DNA of 64,000 nucleotides, from contig JANZKA010000001.1 of assembly GCA_025060975.1 (NCBI GenBank), forward strand, positions 28,607 to 92,606, written 5' to 3'. Positions 40,468 through 51,231 of the stretch are shown piece by piece. Below the pieces are notes generated by a model that saw only the letters and a list, made by a program, of their open reading frames with translations, did no database searches and was not told where the DNA came from. A program made the position numbers and the translations under genes. Position 1 is the first letter of the stretch. Every line of letters starts with the position of its first letter. This DNA is from Candidatus Culexarchaeum nevadense. Lineage in GTDB: Archaea > Thermoproteota > Methanomethylicia > Culexarchaeales > Culexarchaeaceae.

Positions 40468-41079
40468 TCATACCCCTTCAAGAGTGGCATGTCTACTCCT
40501 TAAATCTTCTTCTGTTTTTCCTAGTCTCTTCATAAGCTCACCCACTAAAGACTCTAAGAATATTGTAGCAGCTATTTCGAACAATGTCCCAAGTGGGGCT
40601 AATGGTTCATGTAAACCTAATACTTGCCTAGAAAAGTAGTCGGTAGTTTCAGATACCTTCGTTCTACCGGGGACGTAGACTACATGATCTGCCAATTGAC
40701 CTAAAGGAGATTCCGGATGTGAAGTTATAGCTATAACTGTACAACCAACTTTCTTTGCCGCTTGAGCGACATCAACGACTATTCCAGTACTACCAGAACC
40801 AGATATTGCTAGTAACACATCCCCCTTCCCAGCAGCTGGAGTAATGGTTTCACCAACTACATACACTTGAAATCCTAAATGCATTAATCTCATGGCGAAG
40901 GCTCTTGCTACAAGTCCAGATCTACCTGCACCTATAACAAATATTGCATGCTTAGCTGCTTGAGCATATATCAACGTGTTTATTAGCTTTTCAACTTGAG
41001 CTTCATCTATAACAGAACCAAGTTTGCTTATAAAATTGACAATAACATTCAAAAACTCTCTCATAGCTTCAAGAGGCAT
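40468..41079 (-). CDS. SIS-domain sugar-phosphate isomerase (6-phospho-3-hexuloisomerase-like)
   Basis: SIS signature VIGAGRSGLVARAFAMRL and ISGSGST. About 200 aa. Confidence 0.65.
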   Translation of the reverse strand: MPLEAMREFLNVIVNFISKLGSVIDEAQVEKLINTLIYAQAAKHAIFVIGAGRSGLVARAFAMRLMHLGFQVYVVGETITPAAGKGDVLLAISGSGSTGIVVDVAQAAKKVGCTVIAITSHPESPLGQLADHVVYVPGRTKVSETTDYFSRQVLGLHEPLAPLGTLFEIAATIFLESLVGELMKRLGKTEEDLRSRHATLEGV

Positions 41080-41103
41080 TAAATCCCTAATAAACTAACA
41101 TCT

Positions 41104-41883
41104 TCAACCCTTAAAATCTTTCCATTTATCTAAATTTAAGATGCTTTGCTTTGATGAGTCCCTTAAACCTTCAAACTTGGCATTAAAGAACTCTACCAGC
41201 TTTTCAGCTCTACTTCTACTCAAACCTTTCACCGAGGATAATTCGACAGCCGATGCTAGAACTATATTCTTTATTGATCCAAAAGTGTTTAAAAGTCTGA
41301 TAGCCAATTTATGTCCAATTCCAGGAAAACTGCTAACAACTAGTAATTGCTTTTCACTTAAACTGGATGCCCTAGATTTGCCTTTAACCATAATTGACTT
41401 CCTAAATTCACCCTGCTCATGTTTTACCATGGAAAACAAAAGTTCTGCAGTATCATACTCATCCTTTGTGAAAAAGAATGAAACACCCAAATTAAGCCAT
41501 ATAGTTGATATAGTACCATGAAAAGCTCTAGCTCCAGCCTTAAGAGTAGTGTATGCGTAATCTACATCACCCTCAATAATAATCGCAGACTTAGAATATG
41601 ATTGAGAAAGTCTGCATGCTTGATCAAAAATTCTGCCCTCCACAATACTGTTAACAAAATCCCTAATGTTCTTCCTCTCCAGAGCACAATCACTTGAAAT
41701 TATGTAATCACCAACAGGTAGCTGCCTATATAAAACATATAAACCCATCTCACTTAGGTATGATGGGACTTTAGATCCCCTCTCTCGCTCATCAACTAAT
41801 ATCCTTAAAACAGACAAAGTGTTCACCAAAATTTTTAAGTGAAAACAAATTAATATGCCATTCTGGTAATGGATAATGCTCAA
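41104..41883 (-). CDS. xpf: ERCC4-type nuclease XPF (short crenarchaeal form)
   Basis: ERCC4 motif VDERERGS, C-terminal tandem HhH (LLNTFGSIKNIVLASAVEL). The N-terminal ~25 residues of the ORF are probably not translated. Confidence 0.7.
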   Translation of the reverse strand: MSIIHYQNGILICFHLKILVNTLSVLRILVDERERGSKVPSYLSEMGLYVLYRQLPVGDYIISSDCALERKNIRDFVNSIVEGRIFDQACRLSQSYSKSAIIIEGDVDYAYTTLKAGARAFHGTISTIWLNLGVSFFFTKDEYDTAELLFSMVKHEQGEFRKSIMVKGKSRASSLSEKQLLVVSSFPGIGHKLAIRLLNTFGSIKNIVLASAVELSSVKGLSRSRAEKLVEFFNAKFEGLRDSSKQSILNLDKWKDFKG

Positions 41884-43009
41884 AATGGGTGAAAAATATT
41901 TTATTCAAGGGAATATTGCTTGTGCGGAAGCCGCTGTGATTGCTGGATGTAGATTTTTTGCGGCCTACCCCATAACACCAGCATCAGAAATAGGTGAAAG
42001 ATTATCTGAATTGTTACCAGCTGTAGGAGGCAAATTTATACAAATGGAAGATGAAATAGCTTCAATAAATGCTGTGATAGGAGCAAGTTGGGCTGGAGCA
42101 AAAGCCATGACTGCAACCAGCGGTCCAGGATTCAGCTTAATGCAAGAGGGAATTGGATACGCATTTATGACGGAAACTCCTTGCGTAATCGTTGTTGTAC
42201 AACGAGTTGGACCTGCCACAGGACAAGCCAGTAAAGGTGCTCAAGGAAACTTTTATCAATCAAGATGGGGAACCCATGGAGATTACAGCGCAATAGTCTT
42301 AGCACCAAATTCAGTTCAAGAAATGTTTGATTTAACAATAAAAGCATTTAATTATGCAGAGGAATATAGAACACCAGTAATACTTCTCGCAGATGAATTA
42401 ACTGCACATATATTCGAACCATTAGAGGTTCCGGAAAAAATAGAGATAAAGGAAAGGAAAGTTGCTGTGGATTATTCCGAACCTTTCTTTGACTCAAAAG
42501 ACCCATTAAAAGCACCACCAATGCCGAGGCTCGGTATAGGGTTAAATGTTCTAGTAACAGGATCAACACATAATGAGTGGGGGTACAGAGCAACATCAGA
42601 TCCAATGATACATAGAAAACTCGTAACAAGATTATATTACAAAATAGAAGGAAATGCTAAGAAAATATGTGAATACGAATTAGATATCAATGACGGCTCA
42701 AAGATAGGGATAATATCATATGGTTGCTCATCAAGATCGGCTTATGGAGCCATTGAAATTTTAAGTGAACATGGTTTGAAAATCTCGCATTTAAGGTTAA
42801 AAACGTTGTGGCCATTCCCAGACTGGGCTGTAAAAGAGTTATCAAGTAAAGTTGATACTATAATAGTACCAGAATTAAGTTTAGGTCAACTGGTAAGAGA
42901 AGTGGAAAGAGCATCTTATGATAAGACAAAAATAATATCTTTAACGAAGGTAGGTGGAGGGGAATTGATAAGACCGCAAGAAATAGTTGAAATCGTGAGG
43001 AGGTTGTAA
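41876..43009 (+). CDS. 2-oxoacid:ferredoxin oxidoreductase alpha subunit
   Basis: PorA/KorA-like N-terminal domain (YPITPASEI). 377 aa. Confidence 0.8.
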   Translation: MLKMGEKYFIQGNIACAEAAVIAGCRFFAAYPITPASEIGERLSELLPAVGGKFIQMEDEIASINAVIGASWAGAKAMTATSGPGFSLMQEGIGYAFMTETPCVIVVVQRVGPATGQASKGAQGNFYQSRWGTHGDYSAIVLAPNSVQEMFDLTIKAFNYAEEYRTPVILLADELTAHIFEPLEVPEKIEIKERKVAVDYSEPFFDSKDPLKAPPMPRLGIGLNVLVTGSTHNEWGYRATSDPMIHRKLVTRLYYKIEGNAKKICEYELDINDGSKIGIISYGCSSRSAYGAIEILSEHGLKISHLRLKTLWPFPDWAVKELSSKVDTIIVPELSLGQLVREVERASYDKTKIISLTKVGGGELIRPQEIVEIVRRL

Positions 43010-43011
43010 TT

Positions 43012-43782
43012 ATGAAGCACTACGCTATAAAATACTTAAGAGAAGAAGTGATACCAACCCCTTTCTGTTCAGGATGTGGAAATGGTATGGTGATAAATGC
43101 ATTATTCAAAGCATTAACTGAACTTGGATATGAAGATCTTAGAAACTTTGTATTTTGCAGTGGAATAGGTTGCGCAGCGTGGATCCCCTCCCCACATTTC
43201 AAAGCGGACACCATACACACACTCCATGGAAGAGCTATACCAGTAGCCACAGGAATAAAAATGATGAGACCAGAACTCAACGTGATCGTTATAAGTGGGG
43301 ATGGAGACCTAGCAGGAATAGGGTTAAGCCATTTAATACATGCTGCAAGAAGGAAACTTGGAATAAAGGTGATAATGGTTAACAATATGATATACGGAAT
43401 GACGGGAGGACAAGTCTCTCCAACAACGCCAAGAGGTATAAAAACAACTACAACACCATATGGAAACATAGAGAAACCATTGGATGTAGCCAGTATAATG
43501 GCAACAATGAAAGTCCCTTATGTTGCTAAATGGACAACCTACCATATGATGCCACTAAAAAATTCGTTAAAAAAGATAATCAATACGGATAAGTTTTCAT
43601 TCATAGAAGTTATAAGTCAATGTCCGACAAATTATGGAAGAAATTTGGGATTCAGAAAACCATTTGAAATGTTAAAGTGGTTTAAGGAGAATTCAATACC
43701 AATATCTAAGGCTAAAAATATGAAAGAAGAAGAACTTGAAGGAAAGATAATTGTTGGAGAATATTTAAATCAAATAGAGTGA
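43012..43782 (+). CDS. 2-oxoacid:ferredoxin oxidoreductase beta subunit (TPP-binding)
   Basis: TPP motif ISGDGD...N, Cys ligands for the Fe-S cluster. 256 aa. Starts 3 nt after alpha. Confidence 0.8.
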   Translation: MKHYAIKYLREEVIPTPFCSGCGNGMVINALFKALTELGYEDLRNFVFCSGIGCAAWIPSPHFKADTIHTLHGRAIPVATGIKMMRPELNVIVISGDGDLAGIGLSHLIHAARRKLGIKVIMVNNMIYGMTGGQVSPTTPRGIKTTTTPYGNIEKPLDVASIMATMKVPYVAKWTTYHMMPLKNSLKKIINTDKFSFIEVISQCPTNYGRNLGFRKPFEMLKWFKENSIPISKAKNMKEEELEGKIIVGEYLNQIE

Positions 43783-43791
43783 GGTGAATTT

Positions 43792-44322
43792 ATGATTAAA
43801 ATAAGGATTTGTGGATTTGGTGGACAAGGAATATTATTGGCAGGTGAAATCCTAGGCGCTGCAGCTATGATTGAAGGTAAATACTCCTCGGAAATTGGAA
43901 GCTACGGGGCAGAAGCTAGGGGGACTACAACTTTAAGCGACGTCATAATATCCGATAAGAAAATAGGCTTCCCAGTAATCGATGAATGCGATATACTCAT
44001 CGCAATGAGTCAACAAGCATTTAATGCAAACATTAAATTTGTCAAAGAAGATGGAATAATAATAGTTGATGAAGACTTAGTAAAGACTCCAGAGAATTTA
44101 AAACAAAAGGTGTTCAAAATTAGGGCAACAAAGATAGCTGAAGAAAAATTTGTAAGGGTGGTTGCAAACATGATCATCTTAGGATACTTAGCTGAAAAAA
44201 CAAAAATTGTAAGCATAGATTCATTGAAGAAAGCAATTAAAAGTAGAATTACAAGAATGATAGAAGCAAATTTGGCAGCTATAGATGAGGGAGCTAAACT
44301 AGCCAGTGAAAAAGAGATATAA
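43792..44322 (+). CDS. 2-oxoacid:ferredoxin oxidoreductase gamma subunit
   Basis: ICGFGGQGILLAGEILG gamma-subunit signature. 176 aa. No delta/ferredoxin subunit gene follows. Confidence 0.75.
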   Translation: MIKIRICGFGGQGILLAGEILGAAAMIEGKYSSEIGSYGAEARGTTTLSDVIISDKKIGFPVIDECDILIAMSQQAFNANIKFVKEDGIIIVDEDLVKTPENLKQKVFKIRATKIAEEKFVRVVANMIILGYLAEKTKIVSIDSLKKAIKSRITRMIEANLAAIDEGAKLASEKEI

Positions 44323-45078
44323 GTTTAAACTATCCTCAATATGGAAATAAAACTTTAGAAGCAACATAACTGTGGTAAAGAAGACAATCATAAGCAAAGC
44401 TATATAATCCTCCCTCTTAAAAGACAATTCAACCAAACTACTTCTCTTAGGAGATGCACCAAACGCCCTTGATTCCATAGCTTCCGCAACACTCATAGAC
44501 CTCCGCAATGCATTCACAATTAACGGAACTAGTATAGGAATGTAATTCTTTAACTTCACTATAAAGTTCCCTTTTTCAAGTTCAAGCCCCCTAGATCTTT
44601 GAGCATCTATTATGATCTGAGCTTCTCTAGCCAATGTTGGAACAAACCTTATTGACATAGTTAATGTGAGCGCAAAATCATAAGGTACACCAATATTTAC
44701 AAGCATAAGAGCAAAATCTTCGGGATATGTGGTCATGAAGAAAATTGAAAATGATGACATTAATAAAATCAACCTCAAAGTAATAGTTAAAGCTAGATAA
44801 AGACCAGAAACAAAATAGTTCAATGCAAAAACCAATATTATAAATAGTAGCGCTCCCTTCAAACTCTTAAGATAGTTTTCAAGAGATTTAGCAAAGTAAA
44901 AGAGTGGAATTATCGTCAACAAGAAGATTAAGAGCATTACGAAATTGCTGTATATGAAGGATAACGCCAAGAAAGAGATGGAAAACAGAAATTTCACGCG
45001 AGGATCTAGCCTATGAATTATGGTATCACCACGTTTAAATTCAAAAACCTTAAGAGCCATCATAAGTTCCACCTGCAA
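44299..45078 (-). CDS. ecfT: ECF transporter transmembrane component EcfT (CbiQ family)
   Basis: Multi-TM protein downstream of two ABC ATPase genes. The likely start is one of the internal Met codons near the N-terminus. Confidence 0.65.
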   Translation of the reverse strand: MQVELMMALKVFEFKRGDTIIHRLDPRVKFLFSISFLALSFIYSNFVMLLIFLLTIIPLFYFAKSLENYLKSLKGALLFIILVFALNYFVSGLYLALTITLRLILLMSSFSIFFMTTYPEDFALMLVNIGVPYDFALTLTMSIRFVPTLAREAQIIIDAQRSRGLELEKGNFIVKLKNYIPILVPLIVNALRRSMSVAEAMESRAFGASPKRSSLVELSFKREDYIALLMIVFFTTVMLLLKFYFHIEDSLNLYLFFTG

Positions 45079-45880
45079 AAATTTTTAGTATAGAATCACG
45101 AATCTCATGAACTAGTAATAGATCTTTAGGAATGCCAAACTCATGTAGAGAATAAGCTATTTGAGTTACTTGAGGTAAAACTAGATTCGCTTTCTTCATT
45201 AAATCTTCATCAGTTAATATTTTACGTGTACTACCATCAGCAATTATCCTACCTGAAGAGAGAAGGATAACTCTTGGGAAATTTTCAGCTACAAATTCAA
45301 TATCATGAGTAACCACGATCACGGTTTTCGATCTTGTATGAAGCAGTTTTATAAGCTGTGCGAGCTTCTCCTTCTGCATATAATCTTGACCTACAGTCGG
45401 TTCATCAAAAATAATTATATCAGGATCATAACATAACACTGATGCGATTGTCACACGCCTACGTTCACCCCCACTTAAAGTGAAGGGGGAGCGATCTTTC
45501 AAATCATATAGGTCAAGCAATTTCAGTACCCTCTCAACTCTTTCACTAATAACTTCTTTTGGAAAACCAAAATTCTTCAATGCGAAGGAAACCTCTTCCT
45601 CCACGGTTTCTGCAAATAACTGATGATCTGGATTTTGAAACACTAAACCAACTCGCCGTGAAAGCTGGGCAACAGTAGCATATCTGGTATCAATCCCAAA
45701 TACTTTTACGTATCCACGTTTAGGCTTTAATAACCCATTGAAGTGCTTGATTAGAGTAGTTTTTCCAGCACCATTTTCACCCATTATCGCCACAATTTCA
45801 CCAGAATTTATCTCAAGGGAAACCCCTTTTAAAACAGGGTTACTGTCATAATAAAACCATAGATCATGTACCTCGATCAT
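45050..45880 (-). CDS. ecfA2: ECF transporter ATPase EcfA (CbiO family)
   Basis: Walker A GENGAGKTT, signature LSGGERRR, Walker B IIFDEPT. Confidence 0.8.
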   Translation of the reverse strand: MIEVHDLWFYYDSNPVLKGVSLEINSGEIVAIMGENGAGKTTLIKHFNGLLKPKRGYVKVFGIDTRYATVAQLSRRVGLVFQNPDHQLFAETVEEEVSFALKNFGFPKEVISERVERVLKLLDLYDLKDRSPFTLSGGERRRVTIASVLCYDPDIIIFDEPTVGQDYMQKEKLAQLIKLLHTRSKTVIVVTHDIEFVAENFPRVILLSSGRIIADGSTRKILTDEDLMKKANLVLPQVTQIAYSLHEFGIPKDLLLVHEIRDSILKIFAGGTYDGS

Positions 45881-46731
45881 TTTCTAACAACCTCCAAGAG
45901 GTATTCCTTAAACATTTTTGGGGATAAGGGGATATTTCTCAATGCAAATCCACTATTTAAAAGATTGTGATATAATTCAACTACCTTAGGTATACCTATA
46001 CCAATACCTTTAATAGAATTAATGTTCTCCTTTGAAAAAACCGTTTTTGGATCCTCATTAAAAACTATTTTGCCCTCATTCATTATTATAAGCTTATCAC
46101 ATATGGCAACTAAGGCTTCCAATCTATGTTCAACAATAACCACTGTCAACTTTAACTTATTCTTAAGTTCATTGAGTAAGTTAAGTAATGAGTAAGCACT
46201 CACAGGATCTAAATGGGATGTTGGTTCATCTAAAACTAGGATTTTTGGTCTCATAGCTAAACACGCTGCCAAAGCAACCTTCTGCTGCTCACCACCAGAA
46301 AGCTCAAAAGGTGCCCGGTTACGTAGATGGGAAATTCCCATCAATTCCAAAACCTCATTAACCCTAAACCTAATCTCTTCTCTATCTAAACCCAAATTTT
46401 CAAGTCCAAATGCCACTTCACGTTCCACATTCAATGAAAAAAGTTGTGATTCAGGGTCTTGAAACACCATACCAACATATTTTGATAGAATAGTTATAGG
46501 AGTATTTTTGACGGACATCCCATTAACTATAACATCACCGATAAATTCACCACCATAGAAATGTGGAATTAAACCATTGAAACATCTACATAACGTGGTC
46601 TTGCCACAACCACTAGGTCCTGTTATAACAACAAATTCCCCTTCATCTATATTTAGGGAAATATCTCTAAGTGCATACTTTGATGAACCAGGATACTTAT
46701 ATGAGAGGTCTTTAACTTCAATGATCGCCAT
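45877..46731 (-). CDS. ecfA1: ECF transporter ATPase EcfA' (CbiO family)
   Basis: Walker A GPSGCGKTT, signature LSGGEQQK, Walker B LVLDEPT. Confidence 0.8.
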   Translation of the reverse strand: MAIIEVKDLSYKYPGSSKYALRDISLNIDEGEFVVITGPSGCGKTTLCRCFNGLIPHFYGGEFIGDVIVNGMSVKNTPITILSKYVGMVFQDPESQLFSLNVEREVAFGLENLGLDREEIRFRVNEVLELMGISHLRNRAPFELSGGEQQKVALAACLAMRPKILVLDEPTSHLDPVSAYSLLNLLNELKNKLKLTVVIVEHRLEALVAICDKLIIMNEGKIVFNEDPKTVFSKENINSIKGIGIGIPKVVELYHNLLNSGFALRNIPLSPKMFKEYLLEVVRK

Positions 46732-46802
46732 AAACCTCCCTCATACGCCAAATAATGTGCAAAGATAATTGCGTAATATTTTTAACTGTTTAGTAATAAA
46801 AA

Positions 46803-47804
46803 TTAGCTTTTATCCTTTGTAATTTTACTCGAAATTAGTTTTATACAGAAATCATCAATGCTATTCCTATTCCTACATCCATTGGCACCAGCAGCTGTGG
46901 AATGCCCACCTCCAGTACCACCTATAAATTCGCCTAGGGGAATCATGAGATCTCTCCCCAAATGGAACCCTGTCTCTTTATAGAAGGCTTCCGTAGACCT
47001 TGCGCTAACACGTACATCATCACCTTCACCACCAACCACTATAGCTAGATCCCCTCCAAGATCAATCAATGCCCTTGCAAGAGAAGCTTCAAAAGAACTT
47101 ACATTTGAAAAAACGATTAACCACTTCCCCCATCTAAATAATTTCAATCTTTGCGCCCCCTTGAGTCTAGCTATTCTTTCAGAGATATCCATAGGTTCTG
47201 AAATTATTGATAAAGCTAAACCGTAATCTCCACCATTCTCCATAAGGAAACATACATTCTTGAATGTTTCAATGGAAGCTATGAGGAATCTCTTCGAATC
47301 AGATAGAATTGCTGTGAGTAATGCTAACGCACTACTTTTACTAATATTCAAATGTAGCTCTTTGAAAAAATGGGTAACTATTTCAGCTGTAGAAGATACA
47401 TTAGTATTTGAAGCTACGTACAAAGCGCGCTCAATGGTTTCTTTCAACGGCTCATGATGATCAATAACCATAAGCGGAATGCTGGAACTTTTTACAAAAT
47501 CACTTAGATAACCAAGTTGAATGAATGATATTGCATCTACCATAATCAAAACGTCAACATTACCTTCAATATTTTCTAAGACGTTTACACTATCAATATG
47601 TTTCAATAACCTCCTCGACGATGAATTTAATCCTTCAGGAGCTACGATAAGGACATCTATATCTGCATACACTTTGGTTAGAAGTTCTCTTAAAGCATAT
47701 GCACTTCCAAAAGAGTCCGGGTCTGCATTACGGTGACAGAGTAAAGCCACTCTTTTCGGTGAAAGAGAATTTAATATTTCAATAAAATTTTTACATAAAC
47801 TCAA
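46803..47804 (-). CDS. DHH-family phosphoesterase (NrnA/pAp phosphatase-like)
   Basis: DHH motifs HRNADPDS (I), D-x-D, DHH (VIDHHEP), GGGH (GGGHSTAAG). 333 aa. Confidence 0.65.
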   Translation of the reverse strand: MSLCKNFIEILNSLSPKRVALLCHRNADPDSFGSAYALRELLTKVYADIDVLIVAPEGLNSSSRRLLKHIDSVNVLENIEGNVDVLIMVDAISFIQLGYLSDFVKSSSIPLMVIDHHEPLKETIERALYVASNTNVSSTAEIVTHFFKELHLNISKSSALALLTAILSDSKRFLIASIETFKNVCFLMENGGDYGLALSIISEPMDISERIARLKGAQRLKLFRWGKWLIVFSNVSSFEASLARALIDLGGDLAIVVGGEGDDVRVSARSTEAFYKETGFHLGRDLMIPLGEFIGGTGGGHSTAAGANGCRNRNSIDDFCIKLISSKITKDKS

Positions 47805-48081
47805 CGTTACTCATCCTCTTATCTAACTCTTTAAAACATTTTTCAACAGCCTCATTTATAACTGCTTCCACATCATTTTGGGAGAACTTTGGATGTAGAG
47901 TCAACTCAACATTAACGTCAAATGTTAATTGTCCATCGTCCAAAAGATGGGCATCCACGGTTATATTAAAATATAGGATATCACTAATCGAAAACTTTGA
48001 AAATATATATGACCGTATAGTTTTTTCAGCTAAAACGCAAAGTTCTTCTATTAATTTGTCGGTAAAAGTATCTTTAGTCAT
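47791..48081 (-). CDS. Hypothetical small protein in the exosome superoperon
   Basis: 96-aa ORF, no motif. Confidence 0.3.
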   Translation of the reverse strand: MTKDTFTDKLIEELCVLAEKTIRSYIFSKFSISDILYFNITVDAHLLDDGQLTFDVNVELTLHPKFSQNDVEAVINEAVEKCFKELDKRMSNVEFM

Positions 48082-48104
48082 CAGTTATCATTGATTAATT
48101 AATT

Positions 48105-48476
48105 TTATGTACCAGATCGTGGAATTGTGGAAAGAAGCTTATTTACCTCTCTTCGCAATTCTTCAAATTGTCTGCGAAGTAATGCTTCTTGCTTTTCAAG
48201 AGTTTTTATTCTTAATTCTAAAGTATCCCTCTTATCCTTTAATTCTTCCAAAACCTTAGCTTTAGTCGATTTAAACATCACGTATCCAGCCGCCTTATAA
48301 ACTTCACAATCATCGGAAAGTTTTTCAATAGCTTCTAAAGCATTTTGGGATTCAGCTAATTGAAGCTGTAATTGTTGCTTTCTAACTAAAATTAACCTTA
48401 ATTGCTCTTGAAGATCCTGTAATCTTGCAACCTTCTCTTCAACATCAGGGGGTAATCGTTCATCCAAAGAAATCAA
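48105..48476 (-). CDS. pfdB: Prefoldin beta subunit
   Basis: Two coiled-coil heptad regions flanking a central beta-hairpin (YKAAGYVMFKST). 123 aa. Confidence 0.8.
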   Translation of the reverse strand: MISLDERLPPDVEEKVARLQDLQEQLRLILVRKQQLQLQLAESQNALEAIEKLSDDCEVYKAAGYVMFKSTKAKVLEELKDKRDTLELRIKTLEKQEALLRRQFEELRREVNKLLSTIPRSGT

Positions 48477-48511
48477 CCCCTTAAAGATTAGGGGAAAGTT
48501 AAATAAAACAT

Positions 48512-48769
48512 TTACGATAAAGCTTCACTTTTCAAACTTTTAAATATTTCCTCCAATAACATGATTAACCTTAAAAATGAATTGAGTGCGGCTCTTAATA
48601 AAGATGGATTATAAGAAGATAAATATAAGAAGATTTTTGGAGGATAATGCTCTATTAAAGTATTAACCCTGCGGGATGGAGGATTAGCGACTTCAGGAGA
48701 CAGAGATTCAAAGACTATCTTTGAAATCGCTGGATCCTTAAAATCTAATGTCAACTCAACTTCAAACAT
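48512..48769 (-). CDS. pcc1: KEOPS complex subunit Pcc1-like
   Basis: 85 aa. The C-terminal LRAALNSFLRLI matches the Pcc1 ALRxxxNSxLR signature. Position in the superoperon fits. Confidence 0.55.
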   Translation of the reverse strand: MFEVELTLDFKDPAISKIVFESLSPEVANPPSRRVNTLIEHYPPKIFLYLSSYNPSLLRAALNSFLRLIMLLEEIFKSLKSEALS

Positions 48770-48805
48770 TAATTTAGCCCAATAAATATTTAAAATGAAT
48801 AATGT

Positions 48806-49363
48806 TTAAATAAACTTAGCCTTCATGATAGGCCCAATAATATATCCAGACATATTTGTGAAACGAATTATGAAGATATCTTTCTCTAAACTTTCAACAT
48901 TCATGATGGAGAGGTCATCAGGGGGTTCTCCATATTCTTTGAAACAAATTTTACAATTAAATAAGCTAGACAAATTATGTGCAACTTCCATAGCATCATC
49001 ATTTAAGCAACGTATAATGATATCATTGACTCTAACCCTCTTAGCATTTCTAATTTCAAATGTAAGTTTAACACCCAAAATCCTTAATTGAGGACGTAAT
49101 GGATTGAGGCTTTCATTTCCTACAGAATAAAATGTTAATAGTCCAGGATTTCCCATAAATGTATTAACAATTATAACCCTATTACATTTATTTTGAAGAG
49201 CCAACATATGTAAATCATTAATGGATTTCTTGCCACGATTAACTTTAATAGCAGAAGGTAATGCATAAGAGAGATCTTTACAAAAACTTCTTGTACGAGG
49301 GCTATCACGCCTAGACATTGTTATTAAAAAACGTACAGAATTTATATTATTCTTCATTTTCAT
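48806..49363 (-). CDS. Brix-domain ribosome biogenesis protein
   Basis: About 185 aa, Imp4/Brix-like. Position beside L37ae, as in other archaea. Confidence 0.55.
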   Translation of the reverse strand: MKMKNNINSVRFLITMSRRDSPRTRSFCKDLSYALPSAIKVNRGKKSINDLHMLALQNKCNRVIIVNTFMGNPGLLTFYSVGNESLNPLRPQLRILGVKLTFEIRNAKRVRVNDIIIRCLNDDAMEVAHNLSSLFNCKICFKEYGEPPDDLSIMNVESLEKDIFIIRFTNMSGYIIGPIMKAKFI

Positions 49364-49593
49364 CTCAACATTGCAGATGAGGGAACGTATGCCCCCCCAG
49401 CAAACTTATATCCACATTTTTTGCATGTCCATATACCAACACTTAAACGCTTTAATTTCCCCTTAGAGTGACACTTTGGACATTTATGAGGAGCACGCAT
49501 CAAAACTTCGATGTTTCTCACTCTCGCCCTAAGGGTGGCACCATAACGTGCACCAAATCTTCCCGCAGGACCTACTTTACTTTTAGACCCCAT
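49360..49593 (-). CDS. rpl37ae: 50S ribosomal protein L37Ae (eL43)
   Basis: C4 zinc ribbon CPKC...CKKCG. 77 aa. Confidence 0.9.
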   Translation of the reverse strand: MGSKSKVGPAGRFGARYGATLRARVRNIEVLMRAPHKCPKCHSKGKLKRLSVGIWTCKKCGYKFAGGAYVPSSAMLR

Positions 49594-50428
49594 TTAAAGC
49601 CCCCCTCACATTCTTATCCCAATTATTAAAGGATTCTAATAAAATTGACCTTAATTCCCGCCCTTTAGATTTCGCCAACTCAACGGATTTCATAACTTCA
49701 TCATAAGTGAAGGCACCTGGAAGCCCCTTCTGAACAGCACATATCTCCCCCTTAGAATTGGTAAACATAGTTAATCTTGCTTCAACCAATTCGAGCTCCT
49801 CCAATGTAGGGTCTAACAATAAGTAATTTCCAATTTTATTTATGGTCACCGACACAGGGTAATCAACTATTTTCAATGGCCTCTTCTCCTCGCGTACAAC
49901 TATTTGCGACCCTTCAACAACAACTACAGGTATTTTCGTAACCATCAAAGCAGCTATAGAAGCCAAAGCTGTGGCATCAAAAAGATCCCCACCATGATCA
50001 AGAACATAAATGTCCACCCATAAAATCCAAACCTTTTCATTTGGTATTATACATAGGTCTTTGAAATCCACAGCACCCCCATGTCTTAAACCCCTATCTA
50101 TAACCCTCGCCAGCTCTATAGAATTTTCATCAGGAGGTCCTGCTTCAAACTGTGGAGAAGCCAGCGGAACAAATTCTGAATTCACAATCAAAACACCTTC
50201 ATCAGGTGTATCGGGGAAAGGTTTCCCTATTTCAGCTTTAACCCCCACCAAAACATATGTATCTCCGATTCTTACGCTAGCAGACCCATTAGCTTTACTT
50301 ATAACGTTAAACTCAAACTTTATTGGTCTATACTCATCTAACCTACGACCATCACTTCTAACCCCCTTAGATAGGGACCCCAATATTAAGTCCCTATTTA
50401 CCGGTAAAGGAGTAATCATCATACTCAT
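49583..50428 (-). CDS. rrp42: Exosome complex component Rrp42
   Basis: RNase-PH-like fold, inactive subunit. 281 aa. Directly downstream of rrp41. Confidence 0.85.
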   Translation of the reverse strand: MSMMITPLPVNRDLILGSLSKGVRSDGRRLDEYRPIKFEFNVISKANGSASVRIGDTYVLVGVKAEIGKPFPDTPDEGVLIVNSEFVPLASPQFEAGPPDENSIELARVIDRGLRHGGAVDFKDLCIIPNEKVWILWVDIYVLDHGGDLFDATALASIAALMVTKIPVVVVEGSQIVVREEKRPLKIVDYPVSVTINKIGNYLLLDPTLEELELVEARLTMFTNSKGEICAVQKGLPGAFTYDEVMKSVELAKSKGRELRSILLESFNNWDKNVRGALNGV

Positions 50429-51162
50429 TCCTCCAACACAAGGTTTTTAATTTCTCCAAACCCATCCTTTAAAGCTTTTCTCTGAACTTCATGAATACGT
50501 TTGCAGCCTTTCATGGCAAGTTGCAATAAAGCATTAAACTCATCTGAAGTAAGTGTTCCATCCATTTGAAGTAATGTGATGATGTTTTTATTCGGCATTA
50601 TAGCAACGGGGACATCAGCCTCACCATACTTATCTTCCATATCAGATAGATCTACGATAAGTTTACCATCAGCTTTACCAACAGCGCATGCAGCAACCAA
50701 ATCCTTCATGGGGATACCAGCATCAGCAAGGGCTACGGATGCTGCAGTTATACTCGCACATCTAGTGCCACCATCAGCTTCTAAAACTTCAATGAATATG
50801 TCTATGATTGTCCTTGGAAACTCTTCAACTAAAATTGCAGGTTCCAAAGCCTCCCTTATAACTTTAGATAACTCTATCTCACGCCTTGAAGGTGCAGGAG
50901 ATTTACGTTCTTCAACAGAAAAGGGCGCCATCCTATATCTACATCTAACAACAGACCTGTCAGGTAAACTTACATGTTTAGCGAAGCTTTCTCTAGGACC
51001 ATACACCCCAACTAATATATGTGTTTTACCTTGAATTATACGTGCAGAACCATCAACATTTGAAAGAATACCCACTTCAATTTTTAATGGTCTAAGTTCA
51101 TTCCACCGCCTACCATCAACTCTTAACCCATTCTCATCAATAAGCCTCTTTTTTCCACTCAT
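50425..51162 (-). CDS. rrp41: Exosome complex exonuclease Rrp41 (RNase PH)
   Basis: [11 protein letters not shown]-terminus. Phosphate-binding GTR region. 245 aa. Confidence 0.9.
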   Translation of the reverse strand: MSGKKRLIDENGLRVDGRRWNELRPLKIEVGILSNVDGSARIIQGKTHILVGVYGPRESFAKHVSLPDRSVVRCRYRMAPFSVEERKSPAPSRREIELSKVIREALEPAILVEEFPRTIIDIFIEVLEADGGTRCASITAASVALADAGIPMKDLVAACAVGKADGKLIVDLSDMEDKYGEADVPVAIMPNKNIITLLQMDGTLTSDEFNALLQLAMKGCKRIHEVQRKALKDGFGEIKNLVLEE

Positions 51163-51231
51163 AACATGGCACTCCCCATTAAAGTAAATTGGCTACAAGA
51201 AATAGAAATTACAAAAATATAAGTTAAGCGT

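Noticed and set aside
43020-43545. Minus- and plus-strand ORFs (149, 75 and 70 aa) overlapping the OFOR beta subunit gene
   Set aside because: They lie on a conserved TPP-binding subunit gene in alternative frames and are not credible genes.
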